DNA of 64,000 bases from Amoebidium appalachense (GCA_963693365.1 CAVNZM010000009.1:10110243-10174242), one strand, 5' to 3'; numbered from the stretch's first letter, positions 1 through 28,891 are shown. Numbers and translations are program-made. Notes: a model not told the origin generated them from the letters alone.

Positions 1-1074
1 GGTCTCGCTGAGGCCATCACTGAGCCTCCGAGCCAAGCGCAGAAGGGGGGAAAGGGGGGGGAGGAGGAGGGGGGAGGGGGGGGGGGGGGGGAGGAGGGGG
101 GGAAGAGGGGGGGGGGGGGGAGGGGGGAGGAGGGGGAGGGGGGCAGAGTTTCAACAACTTGAATCGTTTAATACAAATACTGCCCCCTTTTCCATTTCCC
201 TATGTTTGCTTCCACCTATCAACTAGTTTGGGGATATGTACACTTGTACCAGCACTCTATATGCCATAGTAATGATTCAGTCTCAATGGACTAAAAACAA
301 CGCCGTAATAGGACATGTGATGCTCTGATTCTGTTTCTAATGTCACGGAAGGTGCAAGTTAAGATGTAGGGGCGGGGAGGGGGGAGGGGGGGGGGGGGGG
401 GGGGGAGAGGATATCCACATGGACACATACTCGCCTGATTTTTAAAATAAATGGGGTGATCGTTTACTAACTTACCCGCAGGTATATTAAGAAAATCATC
501 ATCCTTCGTGATTCTTGATTTTGAAACGCTTTGGAGGGGGGTAGTAGCTAGATTTCGTGGTGGGGGGGGGAGGGAGTGGGGGGGCCACCCACCCCATAAA
601 CTGCAATCATATGACTATATAAGATAACCTGATCCGATATGCCATATAGTACTATGATTTAGCAGCAGTTTACATACATTCCCAAAACGTAAACATTGAG
701 GCTAACTAATAAAATTCACTCTTGATCACCTGAAGCTCAGGCTATGTCGTAAGGTCATACTCCCCCCCGCCCGCCCCCCCTCCCCCCCCCCCCCTCTCGC
801 ACTCGTCTCTAGTCACCCCACCGCGCGCACACACAGCACACACTTTCACACGTATCCGACACACGTACCTGCCCACGCATGTACCACACATGCACACGAG
901 GTGCACAAACTTTGACCAGCAATGAGCACCCGACATGAACATGCAGATACACTCACCCACACCAGACACACATACATTCCCCGCCACACAGATACGCACA
1001 TGAACACTGCATATTAAGCACAATGACTTTGCGCCCAATACTAAATTAGAAATAGTTGTCCGTTGCACGTGTAT

Positions 1075-1106
<32 letters not shown>

Positions 1107-1209
1107 TGTGGGTGTGTGCGCGTGCCTGCACATGTGCACATGCATTTACTTGTATAAATGAGAAGGGTGAGGAAAGGGGGGGGTGGGGGGGGGGGGGGGG
1201 GGGGGGGGG

Positions 1210-1240
<31 letters not shown>

Positions 1241-1266
1241 AGGTGAGTGAGGCGGGAGGCCTAGGA

Positions 1267-1303
<37 letters not shown>

Positions 1304-2023
1304 GTAGACATGGTTGTGTACATTCACGTGCACACCGTGCCTTGCCCCCACAACCAGTCTACGTGCCTTTGTGTCTTCTCGGCAGAGGCTGGAATAGAGC
1401 CCCGGACGCAGCTACCAATCAGCTGCATCACTTTTAGCTGTATTTCGTATTAGGGCAGTTGCTCTGCACCCTAAGTATGCAGTTTAGAGTGATGCAAAGA
1501 ACGTGAGCACTTTGCCAGCTTGCATATTAGGTGCACGGCACAGCACACACCTGTGTGCCCGTAGACACTTTATTGGGCACTAGACATACACATGTAGCAC
1601 TGTAGTATAACGTGAAGCTAGATTATGATCACCCCGAAGAAGCTCATGTACACATGTATATGTCATGTACTTTATTATAAGTAGGGCCACATGCCTATTG
1701 GCTGTCGCCTTATAAAATATGCGAGCAGTGCTCTCTGGACCGGCAGAAACTTACTGTTTTCTGCCAGCGGGGATCAGCTAATAAAGTTTAAACACTCTAC
1801 CCACTTTGTTTCTCTTCCTTCTCTTCCACCTTTTTCATTTTTTCTCTTCTTCCCTCCGTGGTTTTAGGGAAGGTTGAGTTGTTTGTGTACTGTAGCAGTT
1901 GGTTTAATCTTAAAGGAGAGAAGGGGGGGAAGGGGGGGGAGGGGAGGGGGGGGGGGGGGAGGGGGAGAAGGAACCGTGGCCTTCTTTTTGCCTCCCCCCC
2001 CCCTTCCTCCCCCTCCCTCCCCC

Positions 2024-2054
<31 letters not shown>

Positions 2055-2533
2055 ACACACGCACACACATGTGTACACACGGCACATGCGTGTGCACACA
2101 CACCGCCACCCATCATCACCACTGCCACACACATGCACATACGCAGACGCGCCACGCACACACACACGCGCACACACACGCGCGCCGTGACAAGCACATA
2201 CACGTGTGAGCGCGACAGTGTTTGTGCGCGTGATATACCCCCCCCCCTCCCCCCCCCCCCCCCCCCTCCTCCCAAGGGTGCTGGTCACTTTAGCACTGAA
2301 CACCTTTTTTGGCATTGCCTGCGGTTTTGATGGAGTCAACCGTTCATTGAATCGATGCAACCGTTTGTACTACTGTACTACTATAGCCTACTGTACTACT
2401 GTACTGTACTACTGTAGTAGTTTCAAAAATGAACAACATTACGAAAATGAGAGGTTTTTCTTCTCTTTTGACTAAGTTTATTCAACCAATAAACTTTATA
2501 TGCACTGCGACTTAGAAGGGGGAGGGAAAGAAA

Positions 2534-2564
<31 letters not shown>

Positions 2565-2676
2565 CTTCTGTTTGATATCGACATACACTACGCGAATAAT
2601 GACGAGGTCACCGGCACTATGGCCAACAGTACTTCCACCCAACTTCTTGATGCTTGTGTATTATAACTATACTATA

Positions 2677-2815
2677 GGGGTGGTAAGAGCAAGAATCGTG
2701 TTTTGACGACATAGGAATGTGAGCCGGATGCCCAAGATCTGCCGCGGCTTGATTGGTTCGGCATTCGGCTAGCATCCCTATGTCGTCAAAACAAGACTCT
2801 TGCTCTGACCACCCC
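2677..2815. mobile_element. ~140 bp palindromic element (probable MITE or long hairpin)
   Basis: Left arm GGGGTGGTAAGAGCAAGAATCGTGTTTTGACGACATAGGAATG is the near-perfect reverse complement of right arm CATCCCTATGTCGTCAAAACAAGACTCTTGCTCTGACCACCCC; pairing continues inward (AGCCGGATGCC/GGCATTCGGCT). Confidence 0.6.
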
Positions 2816-2964
2816 ATCGTAGTGTTCACTTTTAATTAAGAGATTCATTAGCTGAACGACTTAGTTAGGAAGACCATTACTGTTTCCACCTTCGTCATGA
2901 CTTTAGAAACTGTCTGACTCACAGGATAGTATCATTTGTGGAGGTGTCATATTCTTTCTTTCCT

Positions 2965-3012
<48 letters not shown>

Positions 3013-3236
3013 TTTTCTTTTCTTTTTTTTTTTTTTTTTTTTTTGGGGGGGGGGGAGGGGGGGGGGGGGGGGGGGGAGAGGGGGGGGGGGGGGGGAGGGG
3101 GAGGGAAGGGTGGAGGCTCCCTATTAAAGAAGCTTGCTTTCAGAAAAATAGCCTATTCAATAGTATAGCAATTATGACGCGACACCCAAACAAAGAAGCC
3201 GAACAACCGTTACGGTAATACCATGAATAAAACACA

Positions 3237-3365
<129 letters not shown>

Positions 3366-3959
3366 GCACACACACACACAAACACACGCACACACACACA
3401 CACACGCACACACACACACACACAGACACACACCGTCACAAAATATGCATATACTAGTAATCGTAAGGTGCTATACAGTACATATGAAGTTCGGGAATTC
3501 AGACCTGCCTCATGCGTACTAGGGGGTTTTTGCTCGGTATATCACCTCAGCGTTTTATCAGGTACATGGTGGTCGGGTAACGATTTGAGGTATACGCGAA
3601 GGTATTCTTCCATGAAATACCATACGAACCAAGAAAAACTTCTTAAAGGGGGTTTCTTTTTTTAGGCCGATTAATTGTCCCCATTCCAGCACATCCGGGT
3701 CAAGCCGTTTGCTCAGCATATAAATCATGATATGAACTGCAGTTCTCTTCCAAACGCTTTATTTTTATTTTTCCATTCTGTTTTTCTTTTTTTTTTGCTC
3801 TTTTCTTTTTCTTTTTTGTTGCATTATGACGCATCTGTACCTTGCTGCCGGCAAAAAGATGGTGCGCAGCTGATGCGCAGCACGCCAATCATATCACTAG
3901 AATTGCCTCTAACCCGACCCGGCCCGAAAAGCTAAAAGAAACCCCCTTTTATTCAGTTG

Positions 3960-3991
<32 letters not shown>

Positions 3992-4100
3992 CAAAAACAA
4001 AAAAAAGCAGATCGAAAGCTGAAATACTGGTACATAAATTAATGTGATATTCAAAGTCACTGATACTACTTTTGTAGAGACAAAGAGGTACTCAAATCCT

Positions 4101-4132
<32 letters not shown>

Positions 4133-4858
4133 AGCTCAGTTAAAATAAACCTTGGGAAGTTTTGCGGATTAATAACTATCCAAGTTGATTAGCGGAATCA
4201 TCTGGCGTTACGGTAGTCCGTGCCCAGCGTATCCGACGAGTTCGAAGAGCAGAAACTCTTATCTAACCACATGCTTCCGAGCAAGATTACTATCATGACA
4301 GCAACGGTGATTGAACAAGAAAGATTTTCCAGGTTTTTTTTTTTCTGGCTTTTTTTTTTTTTTTTTTTCCTCGATGAATTCTATCCCCCCCCCCCCCCCC
4401 CCCCCTCTCCCCTCCCCGCCCCCCCCCCCCCAAAAAAAGGAAAAAACAGTTGGGGTTCCCTTGTTTATTTTATTATATTTATTTATTTATTTATTTTCCT
4501 CCTGATGTTGTTGTTGTTGTTGGTGGTGGCGGTGTTGTTGTTTTTTTTCTTGTTGGTGGGGGGAGCGAGGGTGGCATTCGGATATTCAACCCTTTTTCTT
4601 TTTTCTGATCTTTCTTTGTTAAAAAATATTATTATTAAGTAAAATGGTTATTATTATTATTATTATCATCATCATTATTATTAAGTTATTATTATTATTA
4701 TTATTACCGTACTACTACTAAATTATTATCATTATCATTAATAATATCATCATCATCATCATCATCATCATAATTAATTATTATTACTATTATTAATATG
4801 TTTTAAAAAAAAATGGCTATTCACGGCTATGTGGCCGAGCTTGCTGTTATGAATAGCT

Positions 4859-4892
<34 letters not shown>

Positions 4893-4934
4893 TTCCCTCC
4901 CCAGAAGGTTGCTGGTAGGGGGAGGAAAAAAGAA

Positions 4935-4967
<33 letters not shown>

Positions 4968-4987
4968 CATTATATATATATATATAT

Positions 4988-5060
<73 letters not shown>

Positions 5061-5343
5061 GTATCATATATATATAGTATATATATTTGGCTACCAGCTT
5101 AGCAAAAACACCCTTTTCGTGCGGGCCAAAAAAAAAAAAAAAAAAGAAAGGGGGGCAAATTTATCCTACATAGTGGTACAAACAACGGGGAGTGAAAAAA
5201 ACTTTGAGGAGAGAAGAAAGGGCGGCTAGTGGCCGTGCCACCTACCCACATGCATCGGTTTCGCGGTCCTTAGACCAACACGGTTTGCACCGTACCGGCA
5301 TATTGTGGAGCTCTAACGCCAGACACCACATAGCCATATGCCC

Positions 5344-5386
<43 letters not shown>

Positions 5387-5764
5387 CTCCGGATCCCCCC
5401 CCCCTCCTCCCCCTCCCCCCTCCCCCCTCCGCCCGACACCTCCCCCTTCCCCTCCCCCGCTCCTACCATGTCGGGTACGTATACAGCGGGCCCGGGCCCG
5501 GGCAGGGCGGAGGGGGGCCGGGAGGGGGGGGGGGGGGTTAGTATTTCTTTGATTGGATGGGGGCTCGTGTACATGTGCAGGCTCACACCACACAGTCGTG
5601 CTATAAGGGGAGGGGTCAGGGGTTAACGTTCTAGGGCAGTATCGATATATTGCAAGAGGCCTTGAAGAGGGACAGGTGGTCACTGTGAAGGGTTTGCAAT
5701 TGAATGCACCATGGAGTCTTTGCCAAGCAAGTGGGGGGTTGACGCGGGTGTATTTTTTTTTTTT

Positions 5765-5815
<51 letters not shown>

Positions 5816-5956
5816 GAACGGTGTATGTCACGTTAGCACTAAGTTTCAACATTGAGGCCCTGGGCAGGATAAAGGGAAGATAATGCCATCATCCATGATC
5901 AGTGCCCAAGAACCCCCCCCCCCCCCCCCCCCTCCTCACCCTCCCTCCCCCCCAAA

Positions 5957-6051
<95 letters not shown>

Positions 6052-6219
6052 CACACACACACTACACACTGCCTGCAGCTGTAGAATGCCAAATCCAAAG
6101 TTCAAGCCGGGATCACTATGTACGTGATGAAATATGAACTTCGAAATCTATGAGATCTAGAAGGGGGAGGCCGTGTGCTGGTTGTGCCAGTGGTGGACCA
6201 GTTGTGGGGGGAATCATCT

Positions 6220-6261
<42 letters not shown>

Positions 6262-6719
6262 TCTAGGCCAGTGCTTCTTGTTTTGGCAGCTGCAGCACGG
6301 TGGTCATATTAGACTACTAGAATTAATACTTATTTATATTTGATAATATTTACATTACCACTTCAAGGATGACGTCGACAGACTGAGTTGATGATACATG
6401 AAGCTATTAGACACGATTCAAGTATTCAGACAACACTATCGCTACAGATGTCTAATGGAGTCATGTCATGCCTCATTGAAAACAAAGCATCCGATGAACA
6501 TTTTTCCAACTCAATCGGCTCTCGAGTTAAAAAGGGATCATTGCACTTTATTGGCCGCTCCCTCCGGCCAATCCGGAAACACAACATGTGCCCCATGTGC
6601 ATGATATATGTACATCATAATACAGACGGGAGCCACCCCTTATTAGTGGTACCTACTACACGGCCACGGCCGCTAAAGCCACACACCTTACAGACACAGC
6701 ACAGTATCTATGACAACTC

Positions 6720-6750
<31 letters not shown>

Positions 6751-6799
6751 AAGGGAAAGGAAGAGAGAAAGAAAGGAAGAAAGAAAGAAAACGAGCTAA

Positions 6800-7110
6800 T
6801 TAACCAGGTTGGGAGGGTGGTTGTATTACGTGTGTGATGTGAGCGCGCAGGTATTGGAAACAAAGTTGGGCAGTGAGAAAATCACCCGTGTTAAGGAAGT
6901 CAATGACGGTAAAGTGTTGTGCAGGTTGACGAGAAATGGATAGGTGGGCGAGGAGTGTGGAAGAAAAGGAGGCCTGTGTGGCTAATGGAATTAAGGGAAA
7001 CAATACATTGGCCCACACAGCTACGGCACCAAGGGTGTGACCCACTAGGGCACCACCGTCTAGGAAACATCAGGAACCGATTACCACGCCATTGAAATTG
7101 AACTAAGACC
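6800..7110 (-). mobile_element. Degenerate, frameshifted 3' remnant of a non-LTR retrotransposon ORF
   Basis: Two overlapping frames give QWRGNRFLMFPRRWCPSGSHPWCRSCVGQC and then HFTVIDFLNTGDFLTAQLCFQYLRAHI. This parallels the remnant at 12716-13117 (QWRCNSCFHRRWCHFC...NTLDFLLNSVG...VFRYLSMHL). Confidence 0.45.
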
Positions 7111-7258
7111 TTGCAAAAGATATATATATATATATATAATAAAAATAAAAAAAACGAGGAACCAGCAATATTATTATATCTGTCACGATAAAATGGTTGC
7201 ATACACAAACACACACTGTGAAGATAGCTATTCTAGCTAACTTTCGAATTCCCCAAAC

Positions 7259-10841
<3,583 letters not shown>

Positions 10842-10845
10842 GGTG

Positions 10846-10901
<56 letters not shown>

Positions 10902-11023
10902 TGTGTGTGCCTGTGTGTGTGTGTACGTGTGTGCCAGTGCGTGTGCGTGCGTGCGTGTGCGTGTGCTTGGGCGTGTGTTGTATGCGTGTGCGTGTGCGTG
11001 TGTGTGTGTGTGGAAGGGGGGAA

Positions 11024-11056
<33 letters not shown>

Positions 11057-11584
11057 CGGGGGTGTTGGTGGTGGGGGTGGTGGTGGGGTCGGGAGGGGGG
11101 GGAAGGGGGGAGACACGGGTCAGTGTGTATCTGTGGATCTTTTTGAATTTTCGAAACAGTGTGTGGCGCGCAGAGTGGGGTGATTGTGTGTGTGTTTTTG
11201 TGTATGTGCAGGGGGAGAAGGGAAGGGGGTTGTCTGAGCTAGCACACACAATTATGCATACATATGCATGGACGGTAACATCAAGCCCTTTACGCAACAG
11301 GCACGTGCATAGGTGACCAGGGAGAGGGGAGGAAGCGAGGGCAACGACCAGGGGGAGGGAGGGGGGAGGGGTGGGGGGAGGAGGGGCGAAAGAGGGGTTA
11401 TGCTGGGTCATACAGTCCAAGGTAGGAAAGGCACAGAGGCAGCTACGTTGGGGGAAAGAACAACACATACTTGTTGGTAAGGTGCTTATTCGCCACATAA
11501 AAGTTTTATGAAGACTTTGTCCTTGCGTCAAAAAGCAGAAGGTTTGGAAGAGGAGGCGTGGGGGCCCTTGAAAGAGGGAGGGAC

Positions 11585-11615
<31 letters not shown>

Positions 11616-12644
11616 TTGAAGGTGCACACAGACAAGCACAGGTACCTTGTTACCAAAAACATGACAACTATCAGAACGATTATAGCAATTGACTTTCGGT
11701 ACCCCACCTACACAATTGGTTTTGCTGCACAGCCCAAACACACAGATAAACTCTCATGGAAGAGCAGTCAGGTTGAAGCTGAGACAAGAATCTGATTGGA
11801 ATGCAACACTTACGCAAGGCAGGCTATTAGCGAGAGCTAGGCTCAGTTTTTACGAGTGGATGAGCTATAGTGTCTGCTAGACCCAGGAATGCACACATGC
11901 ACGTAGAATTAGTGCTTTGCACTTATCGTGATTGCACACACAGACAAACGACACGTGCACACAGACAGGCACACGAACCGTACACACACGTATCCCTCGC
12001 CAGGTACACACACACGCAAACCATACAGACAATCTGTCGCGCACAAAAACCGTGTCACACGAGAGCACACACGTAGAAGCCCTTAAATAGACACGCGCAC
12101 AAACATACCTGCTCACGAGAGGCAAGCGCAGCAATTAGAGACACCTACTCGGTGTGGGGCCCGAAGTAAATAAGAAGGCGAAGGAAGTCGTTCGAATATT
12201 AGACAGGTTGCTCGACTAATTATTGACAACGAGAGGAGGGAGAAGGATCGAGAGCCGCGAAGAAGAGATGGGAGTGGGCCTTGAGAGACAAAAGAAAGTG
12301 AGTGTGCGAGTGTGTGGATGTTCCCTTCATCACTGCAGAGGTGTGGAGCTGACAGCCACCCGTGGTGTACATGTCATAAACAATCTCCCCCTGGGTGTGC
12401 AGAGTGCTTTTTCTTTTTCTTTTTTCTTCTATCATGCATGTCTTCTCCACTAGCCGTTCCCGAAGTGGTAAGGGGTTTACGCTGTTTACTCGAGGCAAAG
12501 AGAGACCAGTCTCAGGCATGGGGGGTTTTGCTCGGAATATCCCCTCAGCGGTATATCAAGATCACCTACATAGATGTCGGGTGATGACTATATATCAGGG
12601 TTTACTTTCTCTACGAGACACCATAAAGACTAAGAAAAACTTTC

Positions 12645-13260
12645 CTTTTGACTGGATTTATTCGACGGAAAGATATGACAAGTATGCACGGCATACTGAG
12701 AAGACAATAAAAACTTCACGAGTTATCCAGTAACAAGTGCATACTGAGATACCTGAACACTGTGTGAAAATCATATAAATACTCAATGTGACGACCAACA
12801 GAATTCAACAAAAAGTCTAAAGTGTTCACATTGCCAGCTAGTGTAGCAGATACCCGGAGGGAAAGAGGTAAAACGCGACATAAAAATTCACACCTATCAA
12901 CATGCTTGCGATTAAAAAGGTCAGCACAAAAGTGGCACCAGCGGCGATGAAAACAAGAATTACAGCGCCACTGCACAACTTCCCAGGCAATATCAACATC
13001 AGAGCACCATACAGACTTATCTACTAGGGGGGTATCCATACGTACAGCAGGAGAAATGTATCCTGCCAAAGCTCCCAAAAAGCTATAATGATCAGTACGG
13101 TGTTGCCTAAGGAACATAACACATGCCGACTGAGTTTTACCTTTGATTTCTCTATCAGAACGAGAAAGAAACTTATACTGCGTATGGTAATAACGCGAAA
13201 AGGCAGAAAAAACAGGAAGAGAAAAGAAAGAGGGAGTGAGATAGCAGAGAAAACCAATTA
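12645..13260 (-). mobile_element. 5'-truncated, degenerate non-LTR retrotransposon (LINE) 3' end
   Basis: Intronless ORF 12716-13117 has WR...C-x2-C-x7-H-x3-C (CHFCADLFNRKHVDRC) followed by LDFLLN, resembling the C-terminal zinc knuckle of LINE ORF2 proteins. A short trailer ends AATAAATCCAGTCAAAA. No RT core is visible. Confidence 0.6.
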
Positions 13261-13304
13261 GTTGGGGTTCCCCGTCAATTTTTTTTTTTTTTTTTTTTTT
13301 TTGT

Positions 13305-13337
<33 letters not shown>

Positions 13338-14386
13338 ACCTTATACTTATTAGATCTCCACTGTACTGAGCACGTGTACAGTAAAAGCGTGGTAATTGAT
13401 CAATAATACCATCAGCTAGAGAAAGACCAGTTCTACAGGAAGGTAATATAATATGTATTTAGGTGTTATGCATTTGCGAGTGCCATATTTGGCAATATGG
13501 TTGAGGCGGTCATTATGTATAAAACGAGACATAAGGCTTAGTTTTTCAAGGTGTCTGTTTTCATCGGGTCTAGTGTCGTGTGGTATCTTTTTCAAGTAAG
13601 TGGCAGTCCAAAGTCACACACACACTTAGCTTTTGCGGGGTTTATTTGTATTTGTGCCCGGGGGAGAAGGAGAGAGAGAGGGAAGGAAAGAGGGGAGAGG
13701 TGAGGAGGGGACAGGTCGGATAGAGAAGAGAGGGTGGGTGGGCAATAAGCGGCTTATGTGCTTATTGAATTTCAGCGCGAGATGGGATAATCTAGCAGCT
13801 ATTGGGACCTTACCATATATCGAGAGCATTCTGTACAGGCCCAGGTTTACGACAGTTGTTAGATAGGGGCCCCCTCTCCCCGCTTACCCCTCTCCTCCCC
13901 CTCCCCCCATGCATATGAGCACTGTGACACAGTTACATTGTGACCTGAATGTATTTTAATGAAAAGATGCAACAGCAGAAAACACAACGGGTCATATGCG
14001 TTCATCCCAATTCCCAGCACAGCCGGCAATGCAAGTTCCCCACAAGTTTTGCATCCAACCAGTACTACAGCAGTCCTAAATTACATAATGAAGAAACAGA
14101 GCATTGTTTGGGATTTAATTTTCTGACAGTGGGTGATTGGGTGGGCTGGGGGAGGGGGAGGGGGGAGGGGGGAGGCGGAGGATGTAGAGACATCACAAGA
14201 CGCATACAAAATTCAATGGCAGAAAACAAATTGACCAGCATGGGGCACGTACCCGAGGAAGAAAGAGGAGGGGGGAAGAGAGGGGGAGGAGGAGGAGGGG
14301 GGAGGGGGTGGGGGGGGGGTCAAGTTTACATATTCAGTTGTCGGAGCCACATGCATGTGTGTGTGTGGTGTAGGGGAGGGGGGGGG

Positions 14387-14420
<34 letters not shown>

Positions 14421-14989
14421 TTCGGATATGCACAAGAGATTTGGTATTTATTGGTGATCCGAGAAGGTGCCGTCCTAAGAACTGATATTATTTTATGTTT
14501 TGCAGCTTGTTGCAATATACGTATATGACAGTGACCTATAAGACTTCCCAGACTGCATTTAGAACTGACACGTCGGGGGCGTTACTAAATAAATACGAGG
14601 CACACTAAATTCAGCTATACTAAACAGCATCAGTCGTGTATTATTATGGGGAGGGAAAATAAAAAATAAAAAATTAAATATTGGGGGTTGATAAAAAGCA
14701 ATAGATCGCGGCAATAGGATTGCCAGACCATCACTAGTGCCCAGAAAATTCACACAGAACAAGAATGCAAGCTTTGATGTAAAGACACTGAAAGGAGAGA
14801 GAAAAGAGATAGAGAAAGCTTAAGGTCGGCATTTTGACTATCCAGCCTAAGAGAGGGGAAATCTGATGTAATACAATGTGAGAGACAAAGACTTACAATA
14901 AGTGGGTGGAGGGAGGGGGGGAGGGGGGAGGGAGGTATGTGTGTGTGTGTGTGGGTAGGTGAGTGTGTGGTGGTGGTGGTGGTGGTGGT

Positions 14990-25536
<10,547 letters not shown>

Positions 25537-26423
25537 GGCGAAGAGCGCACAAGATGCGTGTGTGCGTGTGTGCGTGCGTGTATCTCAAAGCAGCTGAAGT
25601 GTGGAACTGTGATGAAGTCAGGTGATCTATTCCAACAGCAAGAACCCGCTTTTCCTACGTATATGTACTGTAGTTGACAGTGTAGTTGACTGTGTCAGTT
25701 TGATCACCTTCGGCGAATATGCACGTGTTGTGTGCTGAAATGGGGGGTCCCCTAAAACACTAGTCGTTTACTCTTGATGCCCTTAAAATAAAACTTACGG
25801 CATTCTTGCAGTTTCAAAATTACTTAGTCACAAAAAACCGAATAGGGGTAGATAAGGAGAAACAAGTCACGCTAAAACTCTAATTCACCACGGGAGTTTT
25901 CTCATCCATGTTTCCCGTGGCCTTGCAATTTGCACTGTAGCTAATAGAAAGGATACAGGATTGAATATTAGGAAACTTTGCCGTATATTATAATGCATAT
26001 TATAATCCTTGAGAGCTACAAGGTTCGGGGGATCCAAGGTGGTGCATTCTAAACCAATCATAAATCTATACAATTACCATATAAAGTCTCTTGAATAGGT
26101 ATTTCATTGGTGTTACGCAGCTCTTATTCTTGTTCAGTGTGGGCATCCCGGCCACCAGGGCGGCGCGGCGAGCTAGTAGGCTACCCCACGCGAGCATACC
26201 AGTGTGCCGGTGTGTTTGTGTGTATGCCGGATTTGCCATGATGTGTAGGCTATGTGTGTGTGTATGTGTTTGTGTATGTGTGTGCATGTGTGTGAATGAT
26301 ACTTAGGGTTTTTATATATGGTCTGGCCTGTACCGCGATTCTACTCTATCTTTCACTGGTTTAAACCCCAGTTAGTAACATCCCGACCACCATCGTTGTA
26401 CATCTTCGTTGTTTTTGCCCCCC

Positions 26424-26461
<38 letters not shown>

Positions 26462-27017
26462 TTCCCCCCCCCCCCCCTTCGAATTCCCCCCCCCTTCCCC
26501 CCCCCCCTCCCCCCCCCCCCCCCCCCCTCCCCCCCCCTCCCCCCCCCCCCCCCCTCCCCCCCCCCCCCCCCCCCCCCCTCCCGACTCGGAGAAAAGTACA
26601 CACTTTAATATTAATTTTTCGTTTCTGTTCTCAAGTGGGGAGATTTCACTAGTTCAGTGGGGATATGATAAGCATTTTCCGATTTGGCACACTCTCGGTA
26701 GAATCACCCTAAACTGTAATGTATATGTGCCATATAGGCAGATCCCCCCCTGACCACGTACTATCACATGTATACGTATGCCACAATCACCCCTTCGTTC
26801 TGTCTGCTGCTGCCGGCGCAGCCCGTTGCCGGATCAGATAATGCTGCCAAGAAGGCACCGGATTGGTGGATCTGGCATTGGACATGGTGAAATGTTTGAT
26901 TGGCCGAGCTCGCACCCACTCAAAGTATAAAATTTGCCGATCGGTCGACGTCAAGTCAGTCAGTCAGTCCGAAGTTTTCGGCCTGTGTCAGCGTTGTACC
27001 GAAGGCTGCCATCCATC

Positions 27018-27971
27018 ATGCGGCTCCTCGGTGTCTTCTGTGGGGGGCAGGCCGGTGGTTTGGCCAAATTCACAGGCCCTAAGAGCCTGACCTGGCTGGC
27101 TGCCTTCCAGGAGGCTAATGCCAAAGAGGGCTGGCTGAGCAGGCAGAAAAGCAAGCACCCCGCTGCAGGCAACATGGCCTGTTTCGAGGTTACTGTATAA
27201 GCTGTCAACGTTGGTGTGGCCTATTGTTGTGTGACACTCACCTCCCCCCCCCCCCCCCCCCCCCCCCCTCTATACCCACGTAGGAGTACGAGGACCCCAC
27301 CGATCCGAGCAAGACGTGCTACCCCAGCCTCATGCTGCACTCCCACAAGCTCCTGCCAGTGGCCGATGATCCCGGCCCCACCCCTCCGTTGGAGCTCAAC
27401 GAATACACGGGTGTTATTTGGCAGAGCCAGACCCCCACCAGCGTGATGGTGGAGGCCGTGCTGCCGGGCTCCCCACCCACCCGTCGTGTATATGAGATGG
27501 ACTGGTTTGCCCCTATCCTCCTCTCGAGGCTCCGGCTGACCTGGCGGGGCAGGGCACATGTGGTCCACTATGACCCCACAGGCGTTGTGCAGCTGGACCA
27601 CGGCTGCGCGCGCAGGCTCAGCCTGGGCCCGAGCTGGTGCTGCTGATGGATAACATTATGGTGCACGTGGGTGCCCCCCCCCCCCCCCCCTCCCCCCCCC
27701 CTCGAAACACACACAGACACAAAACAGTGCAGACACAGTTGACGATTCATGAAACATGCTTTGGTGACGGGATGATGATGGGATCATTGCACGTTTATTG
27801 GCCACTCCCTCGACCCAATAAGATTTCTTTCCTGGTGCCCAGCACCACATATGTATCGCGTATGTTCACTCATGCACACACCCCTCCGTGAATAGCTATG
27901 GCAATGTGATCGAAAATTGACGAAAAAAGATTAAGTTAACTCAAACTAATTAATCAACTATCTGCATATCC

Positions 27972-28021
<50 letters not shown>

Positions 28022-28165
28022 GGGGACGGGAGGGGGGGGGGGGGGGTTCCAGGAAAATCACGTATCCAACATATAGGCGGGTTACGTAATTTTCCTGAAC
28101 GGGGGGTTTAGGGGGAGTACGAATTTCCTGGACACGTGATTTTCCTTCAACACCGGTACCCCCCC

Positions 28166-28196
<31 letters not shown>

Positions 28197-28891
28197 AAAA
28201 AAAAAAAAAAAGACACAGGCCACACACATGCTACACCGAGTCTCATGATCACACCGGTCCCACAGCAAAACGACCTGGTGCGTGCCTCCGAGCTGATATG
28301 CAACTACGCGGCTACAAATATGCACACCAGGACTGCCCCGTGCGCCGGCTGGCCATTGGCGAGCACGTGATTTACCGCAACGGCAACTGCCAAGACCTGC
28401 GCGTTGAAAATCTGCTGCCGGTTCCCCAGCGCAGTGCCTCCCGCTTCGACGACTACGGGGTCTGGCTCCAGGCATACGGCAGCAACGAGACCTCCTCCGG
28501 GGGGCCTGTGTCGGCGCCACACACCTACACATACGATTTGCTGGGCCTTGGCAAACCGGTGGCCCTGTACACCTTCCAAACCTGCTGCATTGAGCACTGT
28601 CCCGCCGAGATGAGGGGGCTGCTCTCCGCGACAATATGTGCCATCGAGGGGCACGTGCCCGCCCTTTTGCATGCAATCCTCTGCTTCTTTAGCAGGGACA
28701 CACCCATGTGGCTTGACATGGCTTGCAACAACCCGCCCGCACAGGCAAGTGGGGGCGAGGCCGAAAAAACGGTGGCCGAGAAGATCACAGAAGCTGCCCG
28801 AAAAGCAGCATTCAAACAGGCTAAGGAGGAGCTTGCCAAAAGTTTAACCTTGCCAGCGTTGTTTATGCAGTTGCTGGGCAGTGCTAAATAA
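27018..28891 (+). CDS. Hypothetical protein with degenerate HNH_3-like motif; 3 exons, one apparent frameshift
   Basis: Exons 27018-27188, 27284-27660 and 28331-28891 have GT-AG ends and GC-rich coding composition. Exon 2 needs a 1-nt frame correction near 27600-27620. The spliced product reads LLMDNIM|DCPVRRLAIGEHVIYRNGNCQDLRVENLLPVP. Confidence 0.65.
28050..28156. repeat. Small inverted-repeat element (MITE-like fragment) in an intron
   Basis: AGGAAAATCACGTATCC ... GGACACGTGATTTTCCT inverted pair with internal sub-repeats of ACGTAATTTTCCTG; right end ACACCGG. Confidence 0.45.

Noticed and set aside
11400-11570. Minus-strand FMWRIS...CC...CLC peptide as a third LINE remnant
   Set aside because: Similarity to the other two remnants is too weak to support by eye.
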